Assembly: GCA_964016885.1 (NCBI GenBank)
Contig: OZ024748.1
Location: forward strand, 9,796,001-9,860,000
Direction of reading: 5' to 3'
DNA: 64,000 bases
Origin: Eledone cirrhosa
Taxonomy: Eukaryota
The translations under genes and the position numbers were made by a program. The notes under the pieces were generated by a model. That model worked only from the letters and a program-made list of their open reading frames with translations. It was not told where the DNA came from and made no database searches. Positions 12,480-28,220 of the stretch are shown piece by piece (the stretch's first letter is position 1; every line of letters begins with the position of its first letter).

Positions 12480-13391
12480 AGCTGTTCTGCTAAAGAACGG
12501 GTTGCAGGTGGCAGATTGCGATAAAGCCCCCAGATATGGTTAGATGCGACATAAGCAGACAACTGCTGGATGAATAAGCAATCTTGGACCAACAATGGTA
12601 AGCTACTAGGAGAGATGGAGCAATGGGTGACACCTGTAGCTACCAAGAAAAGTCACGACCCAGTGATCTAGCTACGATGAGGCAATTAAAGGCTGCCTCG
12701 AAAAAGGGTGTCTTCACGGGTTTGACAAATACCAGATTGGTGACTGGCTCGAATAAGATCACTGAAACTGCAATAAGATGAGGAAAACAAAAAAGAAACA
12801 TACCACATCACCCTTTGCATGGGTTAACTAGAGACGTGTTCAGGCCTTAGGTAGAGGGTCCTATTCGAAAAATATATTGCAGCCTCCATTTCGTACCGCA
12901 AAAACTGGCGATGGGCTTGTGACCTCTCCTGGGAGGAGGGGGATGGATGAACAAAGATTGCGTATCCCAAGACCCCAAAGAGGGTGTGGAAGGCATCAAA
13001 CTTTTACAGGTAAGGAGCAGGAACTAGTGGAGGAGGCTTGATAGTCCCGACTAGATACAGTCAGGGTTTCCTAAACAAAATTCTGTGTCTCTGATACTGT
13101 AGATTTCTCTGGTTGACTCGTGTGTGCCGGATGGCCTGGATCTCTGGAAAGGTACCTAAGCAATGGCAATCGGGAGTGATAATCCCAATTTTCAAAAAGG
13201 GAGACAAGAGAGATTGTTCCAATTACAGAGAGATCTCCTTGTTAAGCCTCCCCAGTAAAGTCTATGCTAAGTGTCTGGCAATGAGATGTAGGGAGATTGT
13301 TGAGTCCAAGCTAGCTGATGAACAGTATAGTTTTTACCTTGGACACAGCACAGCCAATCAAATATTCACACTACAGAAATTGTGGAAGTAG
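12480..13391 (+). mobile_element. Internally deleted RTE-like LINE (5' UTR, APE start, RT N-terminal fragment)
   Basis: GKEQELVEEA APE-like start joined to VPKQW...IIPIFKKGDKRDCSNYREISLLS. Confidence 0.75.
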
Positions 13392-14213
13392 ATAAACACA
13401 TTGAGCTTAAATTTTCTCACCTGCAATTTCTCTTCAAGTAATTTTATGTTTTTCTTAACATACGCCTGAAATAAAATGAGATGTTTTTTGTTGAAATGTC
13501 TTTGAATTGCATTTCTGATAGATCAAGGCCAAACTGGAGTAAAACAATAACAAGGTGTATATAGACAGTTTTTATTATTATTATCATCATTCAGTACAAA
13601 AAAATGTTCCTTGAATATTATTTGCATATCAACAATTCCTTTTATGTCCAATTGAAATTTTTGTTTTTTTTCTTTTCATTTAAAAAATGTTTTTATATAT
13701 AACATCATCTTAGAGCTGAGAACACGATGTGATGTGGTGATGGTGATGCTGTATTAACAAATTGATACACATTTTAGTACACACCTAATTGGTGTTTCTG
13801 TTCATTTTAAACTTGAGTGCTTTTATTATTGTTTGTTTTTTTTGTCTTAATTTTTTTTCCCTGCCAAAATTTGAAACACAAAACCCCCCCCACAAAAAAA
13901 AAACCAAAAGCATTTTCATGTACTTACTCCCATTAAAAAAAAAATTGTTTTTATTTTACATCAGTCAGGCAAAACTTAATATTGGTGTCAGGTTTATTGA
14001 TACCAGTGTATTACTGGTATCAGTGGTTTATTGGTTTTTCTTTTACAAATGGCACCAAGAGGTGAAAAATATGTCAGATGGTAAGAATGAAGAAGATGTT
14101 ATGGCAATGATAAAAATGATTGATGTTGATGGTGATAATGATGATGACAAATTTCAAACAACCAAGTAAAAGCAAAAAAAAGAAAAAAATGTATGTATAT
14201 ATAAATATGTGTG

Positions 14214-14245
<32 letters not shown>

Positions 14246-14437
14246 CAGGATTTAACCAGTATAAGACCATTATTCAACAGAGTACTCATTACTTGGGATA
14301 GTAGAGTGTGACTATATTAGAGTCGGTGTCTGACAGCTGAGCTCTTGCCATTTTGACAACTAATTTTAGTCTGAAATTAGCTGTTAAAACTGACTCTTTC
14401 TAATATATGTATTATATATTATGTATGCAATATATAA

Positions 14438-14538
<101 letters not shown>

Positions 14539-14549
14539 ATATGTATACA

Positions 14550-15480
14550 GTAGACTGGTCATTTCATCAGGGGCATGGCTTAGGTGATTGGTGTCGATAA
14601 AATAATAGGTTGTCCATATAAGGGTATAAGATATCCATGTAAGGGTAAAGGATCCTTAAAGAAAAGTTTTAGAATGAATTGAGTTTCACTCTCTCTGTAT
14701 ATATATATATATTCATATTCTTTTCTATATATTTTCTGGGAGAGGTGTGTTTCGTTACTCATGTGATGATGGGTAAGAAAAACTGCAGTGTTGTAGTAGT
14801 GTGGGAAGAATTGGGCCGAGTTGAAGAATTGTCAAGGGGAGATGGAATGTATTTATCAACTTAATTTATTGGGTTGGTGTATACGAGGCTGCTTGTGTAC
14901 AGGCAAAGGTACAGATTTTTCTATGGTGTCGAGTGATGGTGTGTGTATGTATACATAGCCATGTCTGAGCAGGTGCTTATGTATGTGCTTGTGCTGGGTG
15001 TGGTACTGTGGAGTCTGTTGCTGGGTTTTAGGTAGAGTCATGCTCATGTGTGCATATCTACTGTGTACCTAGGGGTGTATATGCCGGTGTGGGTGTGCAC
15101 AATGAATGTTGAGAAATTGACTTATTCTCCTGGATTGTGAGAAGGTCTGAAGTTGAGGTGAGTTTTCTAAGTCTGGTGCTTGCATCAAGTCACAAGTTCA
15201 TCCTTTTTGTTTAGTAGTTATTCTTTGGTGAACTACATTTGGATGGTTTCTTCGGAGCATAAACTGCACAAGCGGTGGACCTCTATATAGGGTTTGGCCT
15301 TGGACAAGGTACTCTATTTCAGGTTGTAGGTGGTGTATACATGGTTGGATAGCATTGTAGCATTTCCCTGGGTTGGGTTTCTACAGCTGTGTTGATGTTG
15401 TTAGAATTCGCAGGCGGTTAATCCAATATAAGCTCTGTGGTTGCGTTGGTGCACTTGTACACAAGGTTCCGTTGCTGTCC
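14550..15480 (-). mobile_element. Penelope-like retroelement remnant (GIY-YIG endonuclease plus 3' region)
   Basis: Minus-strand translation gives NLVYKC...YIGLT, then KAKPY...LCSLCSEE...LLNKKDELVT*CKH. A truncated CUGAUGA core lies at 14570-14564, next to (TA)n. Confidence 0.75.
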
Positions 15481-15821
15481 TCTAATATTGATTGATATGC
15501 AATATGTAAAAACATGTTATCATTATTAATCAGGTTCCTCGTTCCAATATAAATGAAGATCAGAAGTAGAGTATGGTCTTACATATTGCATATCTAATAA
15601 TGTGAAAACTAATTACTATTGCAGTCTCTCAACTATTTACACTTCTTGCTCTGCTCTTTTCTCTGTTTATTTAACTCCCACCAATGAACATTTCTCTAAC
15701 AATTACAAGATATAATAATAATTCTACTTCTACTGTGCTTCACTAAGTTCTTCATGTGTTTGGTTATGTTCAACATTTGATATTGTTTATATTCTTGAAA
15801 GATGTATTTAAATTCAATCCC

Positions 15822-15947
15822 TTTTAATAACTCCTGATGATATGTGGGTGTTTTATATAGTGTTTTGTGTAAATAATTAATTGTTTCTGACTTGTTTACA
15901 TATATTTACCATTATCACCTGTACAGAAACTATTGTAGATATTAAAA
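15822..15947 (+). ncRNA. Hammerhead ribozyme motif with extended helix II
   Basis: UUUUAAUA(ac)UC-CUGAUGA-UGUGGGUG...CACCUGUA-GAAA-CUAUUG-UA^GAUAUUAAAA, with about 85 nt between the core halves. Confidence 0.6.
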
Positions 15948-16169
15948 CATAGATTTAATTTGATAACCTTGGTTCTCTTCATTTTAAATACACATATACT
16001 CACTCTCTCATATATATATATATATACATACTTTGTTTTTGTATTTGTTTTACAACATTTCTTATTTTAAAACGTGTGTTGAAACAAATATTGTTATACT
16101 TTGTGAGGGTTATGCTGTCAATAAAAACACAGTTGGTTGTTTTAATAACTGGATGGTTGTTTATTTATT

Positions 16170-16212
16170 GTCAAAGCTCTTTCGTCACACATTCTGTGAC
16201 ATCCTCAGTGAC
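16170..16212 (-). ncRNA. Minimal hammerhead ribozyme motif
   Basis: GUCA-CUGAGGA-u GUCACA gaaug UGUGAC-GAAA-GAGC-UU^UGAC. Decayed relatives lie at 10517-10547 (+) and 54034-54070 (+). Confidence 0.7.
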
Positions 16213-16699
16213 TAATTTGTTATTTTCTGTCCCCCTCCCCCCTTGTTTTTGTGTGTTGAGAGTTGTGTATTTGGGTTGCACACCTAATTTATGTCTGAGA
16301 AATGGGCAAAAATCCAAACCTTGTTTATATGCTGAGGAAGCAGGTAATTACACATTGTGTTTAGTGAAATTTTTATCACTGGAGAATATATTTCTGAAGT
16401 TTTAATATTTTGATATTTAAAATGTTTTAGTGTCTTTGGAGTATAGTTTTTGTTTCACAACTCCATTAAAATGTAGGCACCACGGAAAAAAAGCACCCAG
16501 CACTCACTGTAAATGAAGTTGGTGTTAGGAAGGGCATCCAGCTGTAGAAATCAAGCCAGAATCAGTTCCTGTATGAGCAAGACAAGGCCAGCCGACCGGA
16601 CACTGCCCACAACAGGACAACCCGTCTAACCCATGCTAGCGTGGAAGAACGGACGTAAAACGGTGATGATGATAATTACATAATGATTTTTTACTGCTG

Positions 16700-16922
16700 A
16701 AAGGTTGCTTGTTTTAACACAGTTGCCGAGTTCCAGAGCGAATCGCAGATCGTCGACTCACTTACGGAAAATGACTTCCAGGCCAGATTCCAAAAGTGGC
16801 AGGAACTCTGGGACCGGTGTATCGCTGTGCAAGGTGATTATTTCGAAGATGATGTTAAAACTCAGGTAAATATATTAGTTTTTTTGAAACATAACTAATC
16901 CGGGAACGTTTTGATACCACCT

Positions 16923-16924
<2 letters not shown>
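16700..16924 (+). mobile_element. Mariner/Tc1 transposase C-terminus and right end
   Basis: FQKWQELWDRCIAVQGDYFE motif, followed by a TIR-like end abutting a TG/TA array. Confidence 0.75.
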
Positions 16925-16966
<42 letters not shown>

Positions 16967-17027
16967 GAGTATTCCCATAGGAAAGGTAAAGGAAAAGAGA
17001 GTGCTCTATGTAGGCTACAGAGCTTTT

Positions 17028-17225
17028 TAGTTATGTAATAAACAACATAAGATAATTATTTCATTTACCAGTGGTTTCTTGAAGACAGATATTTATGTCC
17101 GTGTTCATTCATCAGAAAAATAATAGTACTATTTTTCTGATGAATGAAGACAGACATAAATATATGTCTTCAAAAAAACCACTGGTAAATGAAATAATTA
17201 TCTTACGTTGTTTATTACATAACTA
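17028..17225. repeat. Foldback/palindrome (~100-bp arms) with hammerhead
   Basis: Centred on TAGTACTA at 17124-17131; flanked by (TA)n. Confidence 0.9.
17055..17124 (-). ncRNA. Type I hammerhead ribozyme motif
   Basis: AUUAUUUUU-CUGAUGA-helix II (UGAA.ACGGA/UCUGU.UUCA)-GAAA-CCACUGG-UA^AA(UG)AAAUAAU. The plus-strand mirror copy has GAAA changed to AAAA. Confidence 0.75.
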
Positions 17226-18571
17226 TATATATATATATATATATATAGTTATAACAATTGTAATGTATTCTACTAAGCCATATATTGCTTCTTTCAATAG
17301 ACAATATGTAGCTGGAATATGTCCTTACAACTTTATAAGGTTAATCCTTTAAGCACTGATTTATTATTTAGAAATTTTAGTTGTCATCCAAGTGTTTCTT
17401 GATCAGAGTTTGGGTCCCAGGGATAAACTGTTGGACTGATTTGGTTACATATTCCCCCCTGTCTAGTTCTCGTTAGGTACATATTCCACCCTGTTTAATT
17501 CTTATTAGGTACATATAAAGATAGTATCAGGCCCGTCGTTAAGTATTAGTAAGTGATCAAAACATATAATTTAAGAGTGGGTTACAGGTATATATAGTGT
17601 CACCACCCAGTACAGTGGTCAAGTAGGTTTCTTCCTACAACTTATATAGGTGAGGTTGAAGGCATATTTAAGAAAAAATGCTGCAGACTCTCTCTATATA
17701 AAAAAAAACCCTGATCATGGCACCAAGCAATTTTGGCTTGTGTGAACACACAATATAATACCCACTCTGCATCTGCCCATGCATTGAGTACTCCTATGAT
17801 TAGTGGTCTCCCCGGTCACAGCACTGCAGAGTCTATGTATATATATATATGTACACAGTATATTTGTGAGTGTATGTATGTGAGTGATGAGAACACAGAA
17901 TCTAGTTTGAAATGTTGCTATCTTTCTGTATATGTGTGAAAGAGAGGGTGGGGAGAAGAAACCCCTGTTTAAACTTTTTGATAACAACCTCCCCCGTCCA
18001 ACCTACTCCAAATTATATGAAACAAAACCACCCAACATATTTTGATAATGAAATAATAATTTTAGTAAATTCTTCATTAATTCCAATACAGTGTGTTTTA
18101 TAAGAAATACGGTGATGAAAGTATCTAATTAGGTAACGAGAAAAAAAAAAAAGATGAATATTTGTCATTATCATCAAGGAAAGAAAAGGATCCCATTTGG
18201 CCCTCATTTATGCATCCATAACTGACCAAATTTGGACAAGGTGTTCTGTGGAAGCAGTCGTGAAATAAAAAAAAAAATGGTTAACTAAAACTTCATCACT
18301 ACTCTCTTCCATCCTCCCACACAACACCACCCCAAATTAAAACTAAACAAAAAATAAAAAATATATTTTTTTATTTAAAATGTAGTGTATTTTTTTTTTT
18401 TTTTTACTCAAATACCAGCTTGTTATTGTCATGTCTGAATATTTTTGTGTTTTAATAATTTTGTTTTTGTGTTAAATCTGTATGTCTTTGAAGGAAATAT
18501 TTTAGAAAATTGAAACAAACACATATATATATATATATATATACAGCTAATTCATGCTGAGTATCAGTCAA

Positions 18572-18704
18572 TATATATACATATATATACATATATATAT
18601 ACATACATATATATATATATATACACACATATATATATATACATATATATATACACATATATATATATATATACACACACATATATATATACATATACAG
18701 ATAC

Positions 18705-18737
<33 letters not shown>

Positions 18738-19204
18738 CATATATATATACATATATATATACATATATATATATATATACATATATATATACATATATAC
18801 ATACATATACATATATATATACATATATATATACATATACATATACATATATATATACATATACATATACATATATATATACATATACATATACATATAT
18901 ATATACATATACATATACATATATATATACATATACATATATATATACATATACATATACATATATATATACATATATATATACATATACATATATATAT
19001 ACATATATATATACATATACATATATATATACATATATATATACATATACATATACATATACATATATATATACATATACATATATATATACATATACAT
19101 ATACATATATATATACATATATATATACATATATATATACATACATATATATATACATATATATATACATATACATATATATATACATATACATATATAT
19201 ATAC

Positions 19205-19250
<46 letters not shown>

Positions 19251-19484
19251 ATACATATATATATACATATACATATATATATACATATACATATATATAT
19301 ACATATACATATATATATACATATACATATATATATACATATACATATATATACATATATATATACATATATATATATATACATATACATATACATATAC
19401 ATATATATATATATACATATATATATACATATATATATACATATATATATATATACATATATACATATATACATATATATATAC

Positions 19485-19531
<47 letters not shown>

Positions 19532-19666
19532 CATATATATATACATATATATATATACATATATATATATATACATATATATATACATATATATATATAC
19601 ATATATATATATACATATATATATATACATATATATATATATACATATATATATATACATATATAC

Positions 19667-19713
<47 letters not shown>

Positions 19714-19754
19714 CATATATATATACATATATATATATATACATATATATATAC

Positions 19755-19785
<31 letters not shown>

Positions 19786-20106
19786 CATATATATATACAT
19801 ATATATATACATATATATATACATATATATATATACATATATATATATATACATATATATATACATATATATATATACATATATATATACATATATATAT
19901 ATACATATATATATATATACATATATATATACATATATATATATACATATATATATACATATATATATACATATATATATACATATATATATACATATAT
20001 ATATATACATATATATATACATATATATATACATATATATACATATACATATATATATATATATACATATATATATACATATATATATACATATATATAC
20101 ATATAC

Positions 20107-20152
<46 letters not shown>

Positions 20153-20336
20153 ATATACATATATATATATACATATACATATATATATATATACATATAT
20201 ATACATATACATATATACATATACATATATACATATACATATATATATACATATATATATATACATATATATATACATATATATATATACATATACATAT
20301 ACATATATATATATACATATACATATATATATATAC

Positions 20337-20367
<31 letters not shown>

Positions 20368-21360
20368 CATATATATATACACATATATATACATATATAT
20401 ATACATATATATATACATATATATATACATATATATACATATATATATACATATATATATACATATATATATACATATATATATATACATATATACATAT
20501 ATATATACATATATATATACATATATACATATATATATATATATACATATACATATACATATATATATATACATATATATATATACATATATATATATAT
20601 ACATATATACATACATATACATATATACATATACATATATATATATATACATATACATATACATATATACATATATATATACATATATATATACATATAT
20701 ATATACATATATATATATACATATATATATATATACATATATATATATACATATATATATATACATATATATATATACATATATATATATACATATATAC
20801 ATATATATATACATATATATATACATATATATATACATATACATATACATATATATATACACATATACACATATATATATACACATACATACATACATAT
20901 ATATACACATATATATATATACATACATACATATATATATATACATATATATACACATATACACATATATATACACACATATACACATATACACACATAT
21001 ATATACACACATATATATACACACATATATATACACATATATATATACATATATATATACATATATATATACATATATATATACATATATATACACATAT
21101 ATATATACATATATATACACATATATATACACATATATATACACATATATATATACATATATATATATACATATATATATATACATATATATATACATAT
21201 ATATATACATATATATATATACATATATATATACATATATATATACATATATATATATACATATATATACATATATATATATACATATATATATACATAT
21301 ATATATACATATATATATACATATATATATACATATATATATATACATATATATATATAC

Positions 21361-21405
<45 letters not shown>

Positions 21406-21771
21406 CATATATATATATATACATATATATACATATATATATATACATATATACATATATATACATATATATATATACATATATACATATATATATATGC
21501 ATATATATATGCATATATGTATATATATACATATATATATACACATATATATATACATATACATATATATATACATATATATATATACATATACATATAC
21601 ATATATATATACATATACACATATATATACATATACACATATATATACACATACATACATACATATATATACACATATATATATACATACATACATACAT
21701 ACATATATATACACATATATATATACATACATATATATATATGTACACACATATATATATATGTATATATA
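18572..21771. repeat. ~3.2-kb compound (TA)n/(TACA)n microsatellite
   Basis: Almost purely A/T/C on the plus strand. Confidence 0.98.
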
Positions 21772-22097
21772 CAAGAGAAAGCTCAATCATTCAATAATTA
21801 ATAGCAGTAATAAATAAAATTAAATTTCAATGACATTGTTTCTTTTTTCTTTCTACATATGTTTTTTTTATGATCAGTGAGAGATATATGAGCAGAGGAA
21901 AAGACAATCAATAATAATAATCAATAATCAATAATAATAATAATTCATCTTCAAACATTGGTACAACAATTTTTGTTTGCAGCTAGGAGAAAGAGAGAGA
22001 GAAAGAGATGGATTAAAAGAATAGTTAAAACAACAAAAACAACAAAAAAGAAATCACGTGAGGCTTTCTACAAAAGTGGAAAATATTTTTAAATGAA

Positions 22098-22132
<35 letters not shown>

Positions 22133-23389
22133 TTTACAGAAGTTGGACGCAATTCTTTATGTAAAAAAAGAAAGAAAGAAAAAAGCTTGACATTGTACCC
22201 GTATTCTCAGCTGATAAATAAAAATTATTTTTCAAAATTTTATTTTAGTTTTCTCACATTTTTTCTCCTTCAATTATCTCACTCATTTTTTTTCTTTTCA
22301 TCTTTTTTGTTTTAAGCACGTACCAGACAGGCCTTAAATATGTCCAATACAAACACATACTTCAGTGGAGTTACAAACTTCCCATGTGTCTGTTCTAAGC
22401 ATGCATATATGGCATATGACAGTAGTGGATAGATTTTGTTTTTTCGATGCCAAATTTTTTATAAACTGAACAACATTTAGAAACTAATCTCTAAACAAAA
22501 AAAATAACACATCTGCAATGATTCAGAAATGAATTTTAAAGAAGTATTAAATATTTTTTCTCTCTCTTCTTCAGAATATAAAGAAATGTGTATGTATATG
22601 AGTGTATATTAAACATGTGAGTGTGTGTATGTTTATGAGTATGTATGTGTGTGTATGTTTATGAGTATGTGTGTGAGTGCAATGAGGGAATATTAAAAAA
22701 AAATGAAAGGATGTATACAAAGATTAAGAGACAGTAAAAAAAGACGTAATGTGTTGGGGTGGGGAGGGAGGTTTCCTTTGATAAAAATAACCAAAACTTC
22801 AAATAGTATCAGCCTACCTGCCACCTCTTAACCTATAAAAAGTAAAGTTTAAAAAAGATTAAAATAAAAAGAACAAAACGCAAAATTGCTGGCCATATGG
22901 AAGAACCAATAAAAACAATGTATTTTAGGGCACTGACTGAAAGAAATATTTGAAATGTTTGGTGAGGAGCAGTGAGCCGGTCTTCATTGGATAATCAACT
23001 GTTAGACCAACCCATCTGGAACTAAATGTTAGATAACAGGAAGAAAATGTTAGACCAAGCTTTCTGGAATCAAGTCTATTAAAATGTTCAAATTTAAATG
23101 CCATTCTTACATGATAACATTATAAGTACATAGCTTATGGTATTTAGACATTTGTCTTTAAGTTAGCAACCAGGTATCAACACGAGTGTCTATTTGGTCT
23201 CTGGAATCCCTCACCAAGTAGAGTCTAGTGCACACTCTAAACAAACCCAGGGATACTCAATCTGATGTGGAACTTAAGCACATATATATATCATATATAC
23301 ACACACACACACAAGCATATACATACACACACCATGCTACCAGAGAAAGCGGATGTTAAACAACGATATATTTATATATATATATTAAA

Positions 23390-24225
23390 GTGTTGGTGAG
23401 CATTAAAGAAGACAAGTCTTCATTAATTCCAATACAGCATGTTTCATCTCACCAGGGAAATGGCCCTGCTCAATATGCAGAAAAGGAGTATGCAGAAACT
23501 CTATACGGTGTACACAAAGCAAATCTTGGATACACAAGCAATGTAGTGGGATAGCAGGCAAACTAACAGGAAAGGAATTCTTTGTATGTACTGAACGCAT
23601 GGGTGTAATTGACGGGAAGAGCAACAGTGATATAAACCTTTTGCAATCACATGACTGATCCATAAAAGTGGTCGATAGCTTCTGCTAGTGAGGTGACCTA
23701 ATTAGCAGTGGAGGTGGGTGCTCTGAGAGCATATTAGAGAACTACTCTCATGTTGACAACAAAAGGTTTCTCCCTGCATACAAAAGGACGGCTGTATGAC
23801 GCCTGAGTGTGAAGTGTGATGTGGCATGGTAGTGAAACATGGGCATTGATTGCAGAGGACATGTGTAGGCTAGTGAGAAATGAAGCAAACATGCTTCATT
23901 GGATGTGCGATGTGTGAGAGAAAGGCAGAGATTGGGTTTAAGAGGAATTTGAAATGGTGTGCAAAAGAGAAGACTGCATTGGTACGGACATGTGATGATG
24001 ATCGCTGGGTGAAGAAGTGCCAGGAAATCCCAGTGGAAGGAAGCTGCAGTAGAGGTAGACAAAGGAAGACCTGGATGGATGTAGTGAAAGCTGATCTCAA
24101 ATCACTGAGACTCACAGAGGAGATGACAAAAGAATTGCAACAAATTGAGTGAGGCTGTATTGAAAAGGACCCTTGCAACCCATGCAAATGTAGAAAAATG
24201 AACGTGAAAAGAATGATGATGATAT
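23390..24225 (+). mobile_element. Decayed RTE-type LINE 3' portion
   Basis: WPCSICRKGV...WIHKQCSG and RGRQRKTWMDVVKADL motifs; (ATG)n tail; related copies at about 3770-4035 and 27610-28220. Confidence 0.75.
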
Positions 24226-25829
24226 AAACTCAAAACAACTTTTTAGTGAATATTTGCTAAACTCTTCATCAAAAATATTTACTCAACATTCCTGCAGTTC
24301 AAACTATTTATTATATGTCTTGAACACACATCAGACATCATATGTAGTCTAGTGTATACCAACCATCCACACTCAAACAGATCATATATATAATATACTG
24401 TATACACTTAAATATAAACTGAGAAATATGTGACCAAAAAATCTATTGGGGAGGGGGTCGACTTATATTCAGGGTAAATAATTTGACAATTTTAACTAAC
24501 TGCAAATTCTATGTAAATAAGGTGTTAAAATATCTTGAGTGATTATTTCACAATGAAACACTGTTTTTCTACATTTACTATATCGTCAGGAGTTTTATCA
24601 TATGAAATTTTTATTACATAAATATCCCATACACATACGTACACCGACTGTTTTTTTTTCTCTGTGACTAAATTATACTTTTTCTTCCAATCTAGCTAAT
24701 AAAGCTATTATCTGCAGTGACTACAACCATATTATGTTGTGCCCCACCCTGCTTTGTTGCTCCTCAACTCCAAACTAGCCACCTAGATGATGGGACACCG
24801 TGCAACACAACATAAAAAAATCAAATATTACCTCAGCCATTAAAGAAATAAACCAAAGATGAATATTACAAAATAATATATGTAAATCATGTCATTCAAT
24901 GTTAGTTATAGACAGACATAAATATAAATGTACATACATGAATGTAAAACATAATTAAGATTAAATCATATATACACAAACATACATGTAGAAACAAGAT
25001 GAAATATGTCAAACTATTTAACAAAATTACGACCTACCAGAATAGTAGCCATCTTTTAACTTGTTTATCCTTTTGGCTAACACAAAGAAAGGAAATAAAT
25101 AAAGAAACAAACAAAGAAGAAAGAATACAATGACCTTGGCCATCCCCTCACACCCAACACTAACTTCACACATAGCATTTCAGTAAAATATTGGCCAAAA
25201 TCAGCAAAAAGATGTGAAATATATATTTTAAAACATATATGCTAAATATCAGCAGCAGGATTTTCTCAGAATTTCCATTGAATACGCTAAATTTCTACAA
25301 CCTCAATGTAAATTAAATTAATTTCATAACTCTATGTTTCTCATTTACAAACTTGAAGTAACTCAAAATTCTCTTAGAATCTCCCTTTTAACATTTAGGC
25401 ACTGATGAAAACGCCATATCAAATATTTTTCTTCTTATTCTTGTCCTACCATGTTTTAAGAGTTTTTTCATTTTTCCGTAAAAACTTTTATCTGGCTACT
25501 TATCCTACCAATAATTTGATTACTTATCCACACATAATTTGACTGGAAAACATGTTGTATCTTAGAGATATTGGCATACAGCTTCATGTAAAGGGCATCT
25601 AAGCTACTTCAAAGCTAAAATTTTTATTGTCGACTGTAGTCACTATTGACTAACCACTCCTCTCGATACTAATGTCTAAATAATTAACCTTGCTTATATA
25701 TATATAGTTAATGACTGAGAGAAGAGAGTACTCAATACCGAGGTAGAGTTTAAATATTCATTTTATTAAGGCTAAATAGTGTGTCTTGTTACTCTGGAGT
25801 AATAATGTTAAAACAACGACAATGATGAT

Positions 25830-25860
<31 letters not shown>

Positions 25861-26187
25861 CTTGAATACAACCAAAGGAGTATGTATGAGACCAAAAAGA
25901 TCGTTGGTAAAATGGAGGATTGGCTTATTTGCCATGAAAACATGTTGATTACCTGCCTCGGCTTATAATTGGAGATTGGGTTGTTGCCCATTCCTCAGAC
26001 AAAAAATAGGGGAAGGGGTTGGCTTATATTCGAATATATACAGTATACAATATATATACATATGTATGTGTATATATATGTGTGTGTGTGTGTGTATATA
26101 TATATATAATATCATCATCATCGTTGTTTTAACACCAGCTGTCCCTGCTAGCAAGGGTTAGATGGGTCTACTGAACCTAGAAAGACC

Positions 26188-26226
<39 letters not shown>

Positions 26227-26236
26227 CATAGAGCAA

Positions 26237-26397
26237 ATATCTATTAAAATAACAGATTAAAGTTTAAGCAAAGAATCGCTGCTTTCAACCTTAACAGGAT
26301 CTTCTGAAACTAAAAGCTTTTTAGTTTCAGAAGATCCTGTTAAGGGTGAAAGCAGCGATTCTTTGCTTAAACTTTAATCTGTTATTTTAATAAATAT
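26237..26397. repeat. Palindrome (~80-bp arms) with variant hammerhead-like motif
   Basis: Centred on AAGCTT at about 26316; flanked by (TA)n; single-arm homologs at about 9960-10050 and 37895-37965. Confidence 0.9.
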
Positions 26398-27081
26398 ATA
26401 TATATATAGGAGAACAAAATTAGTTGCAATGTCGCTTGTGCCAAACGGTATCAGTGCCTTTCCCTTGGACAAGATTGGTGGTGTTGAAAGGAAGGACTGG
26501 CATATAACTGTTGGTCTCCACAAAACATCTTTCCTAGACTTGTATATTGGAGAGGAACTTTCCAGTTATAAATCTATGGTCAATGATGACCGTGAGATGG
26601 TGGTGGGAGATACTATATTTAATAATTATTAACTGAAAGAAGTAATGAAGAGGTAGAAAGAACAGATGTGGTCCAAGTTATATCCTCCTCTTCCCATAGT
26701 TCGGCTCATGTGTAAAACAGGATAAACTGTGAACCTCATTAGAACAGTTGAAACTATTTAGTTGATCGTCTTTTGATGGGATGTGGTTTAAGAAAAAACA
26801 AAACAAAATGGACTGTGAATGTTTGAGTGTCAGAGGTGTGTGTATATGTGTGGGAGAGTGTCCATCACAACAGGGATGTGTGTGGTTGTCTTAACTGGGC
26901 AATGTGTGTATGTATGTCTGTGTGGTTGTTTAAACTGGGGAATGTATGTGTGTGTATGGAAAGCAAGGCAGGAAGGCTGATGTTGGGGAAATTTGTAAAG
27001 ATGAATAAGGTGAGAAAATGCAGAATGTGAATGAAGGCATCAGAAAAAAATGTAAAAATAAATAATAATAAATCCCAACAT

Positions 27082-27149
<68 letters not shown>

Positions 27150-27609
27150 CATCACAGAGAGATATATATATATATATATATACACACACATACATACATA
27201 CATATTGTTGTCTATTCTTCCATGCAGGCATGGATGTATGTATATATATATATACACACACACACAGACTCTTTTCCTACTATATCAAGTGTAAAACTAA
27301 TATATTTCTTCACCGTACTGTGTCGTTTGCTCTCTTATTTCTGTTTGCCTTTTGTGTATATATATACACACGCACACATATGTAAGTATATATATATATG
27401 TATGTATATATGTGTGTATATATATATATATAATGGAAGGTTGTATTAGCTATATAATGGAGGGAGTCCTGCATTGTGTTCAAGAAAGTGCTGCTAAATA
27501 ACATGATTGTTAGCAGACACATTTCTGTATATCCTGCCTGAAATATCACTTGAGTCATGGGGATACTTTTTTGAACACACATATATAAATATATATACAT
27601 ACATACATA

Positions 27610-28220
27610 GCATTTTTAGATCTGGAGAAGACCTTTGACAGGGACCCGTGCTTAATAATCTGGTGGGCACATAGGAAGCTAGAAGTTGTTGACAGTTTTT
27701 GCTACCTAGGTGATCAAATTAGTAGTGGGGGAGGATGCCTTGAAGTGTGATAGGATTAGAACTGGTTGGAATAAGTTTAGAGATCTATTACTGCTGCTGA
27801 CAACAAAATGCTTTTCCCTCAGAGTTGAAGGGTAGACTATATGATGCCTGTGTACAAACAGTAATGTTACATGGCAGTGAAACATGGGCCTTAACCGCAG
27901 AAGATATGAAAAGGCGAGAGAGAAATGAAGTGAGTATGCTCTGATGGATGTGTAATGTTAGTGTGCATGAGTGACATAACATAAGAAAACTTGGCATAAG
28001 AGGAATTGGATGTAATGTGCTAGAGAGAAGACTGCGTTGGTATGGTCATGTATTGTGCATAGAAGATGACAGCTGCATAAAGAAATACAGAGAAACCCTG
28101 GTGGCTGGGACCCATGGAGGAGCACGAACACAGGATGAGTTTGCAAAGATTGACCTTAAAAACTAAACCTCATAACAGAAATGACTAAGAACCAAGAGGG
28201 CTGATGCTATGCAGTGCTAG
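27610..28220 (+). mobile_element. Decayed RTE-type LINE fragment
   Basis: FLDLEKTFDR, VDSFCYLGD and HGSETW motifs. Confidence 0.75.

Noticed and set aside
18452-21817. ORFs of more than 1000 aa rich in I/Y/M/C/H/T (also at 40962-43108, 44375-47122 and 35174-36244)
   Set aside because: They are translations of stop-free (TA)/(TACA) microsatellites, open in nearly all frames.
25401-25580. CTGATGA with partial long-range pairing
   Set aside because: No correctly placed GAAA or cleavage site was found.
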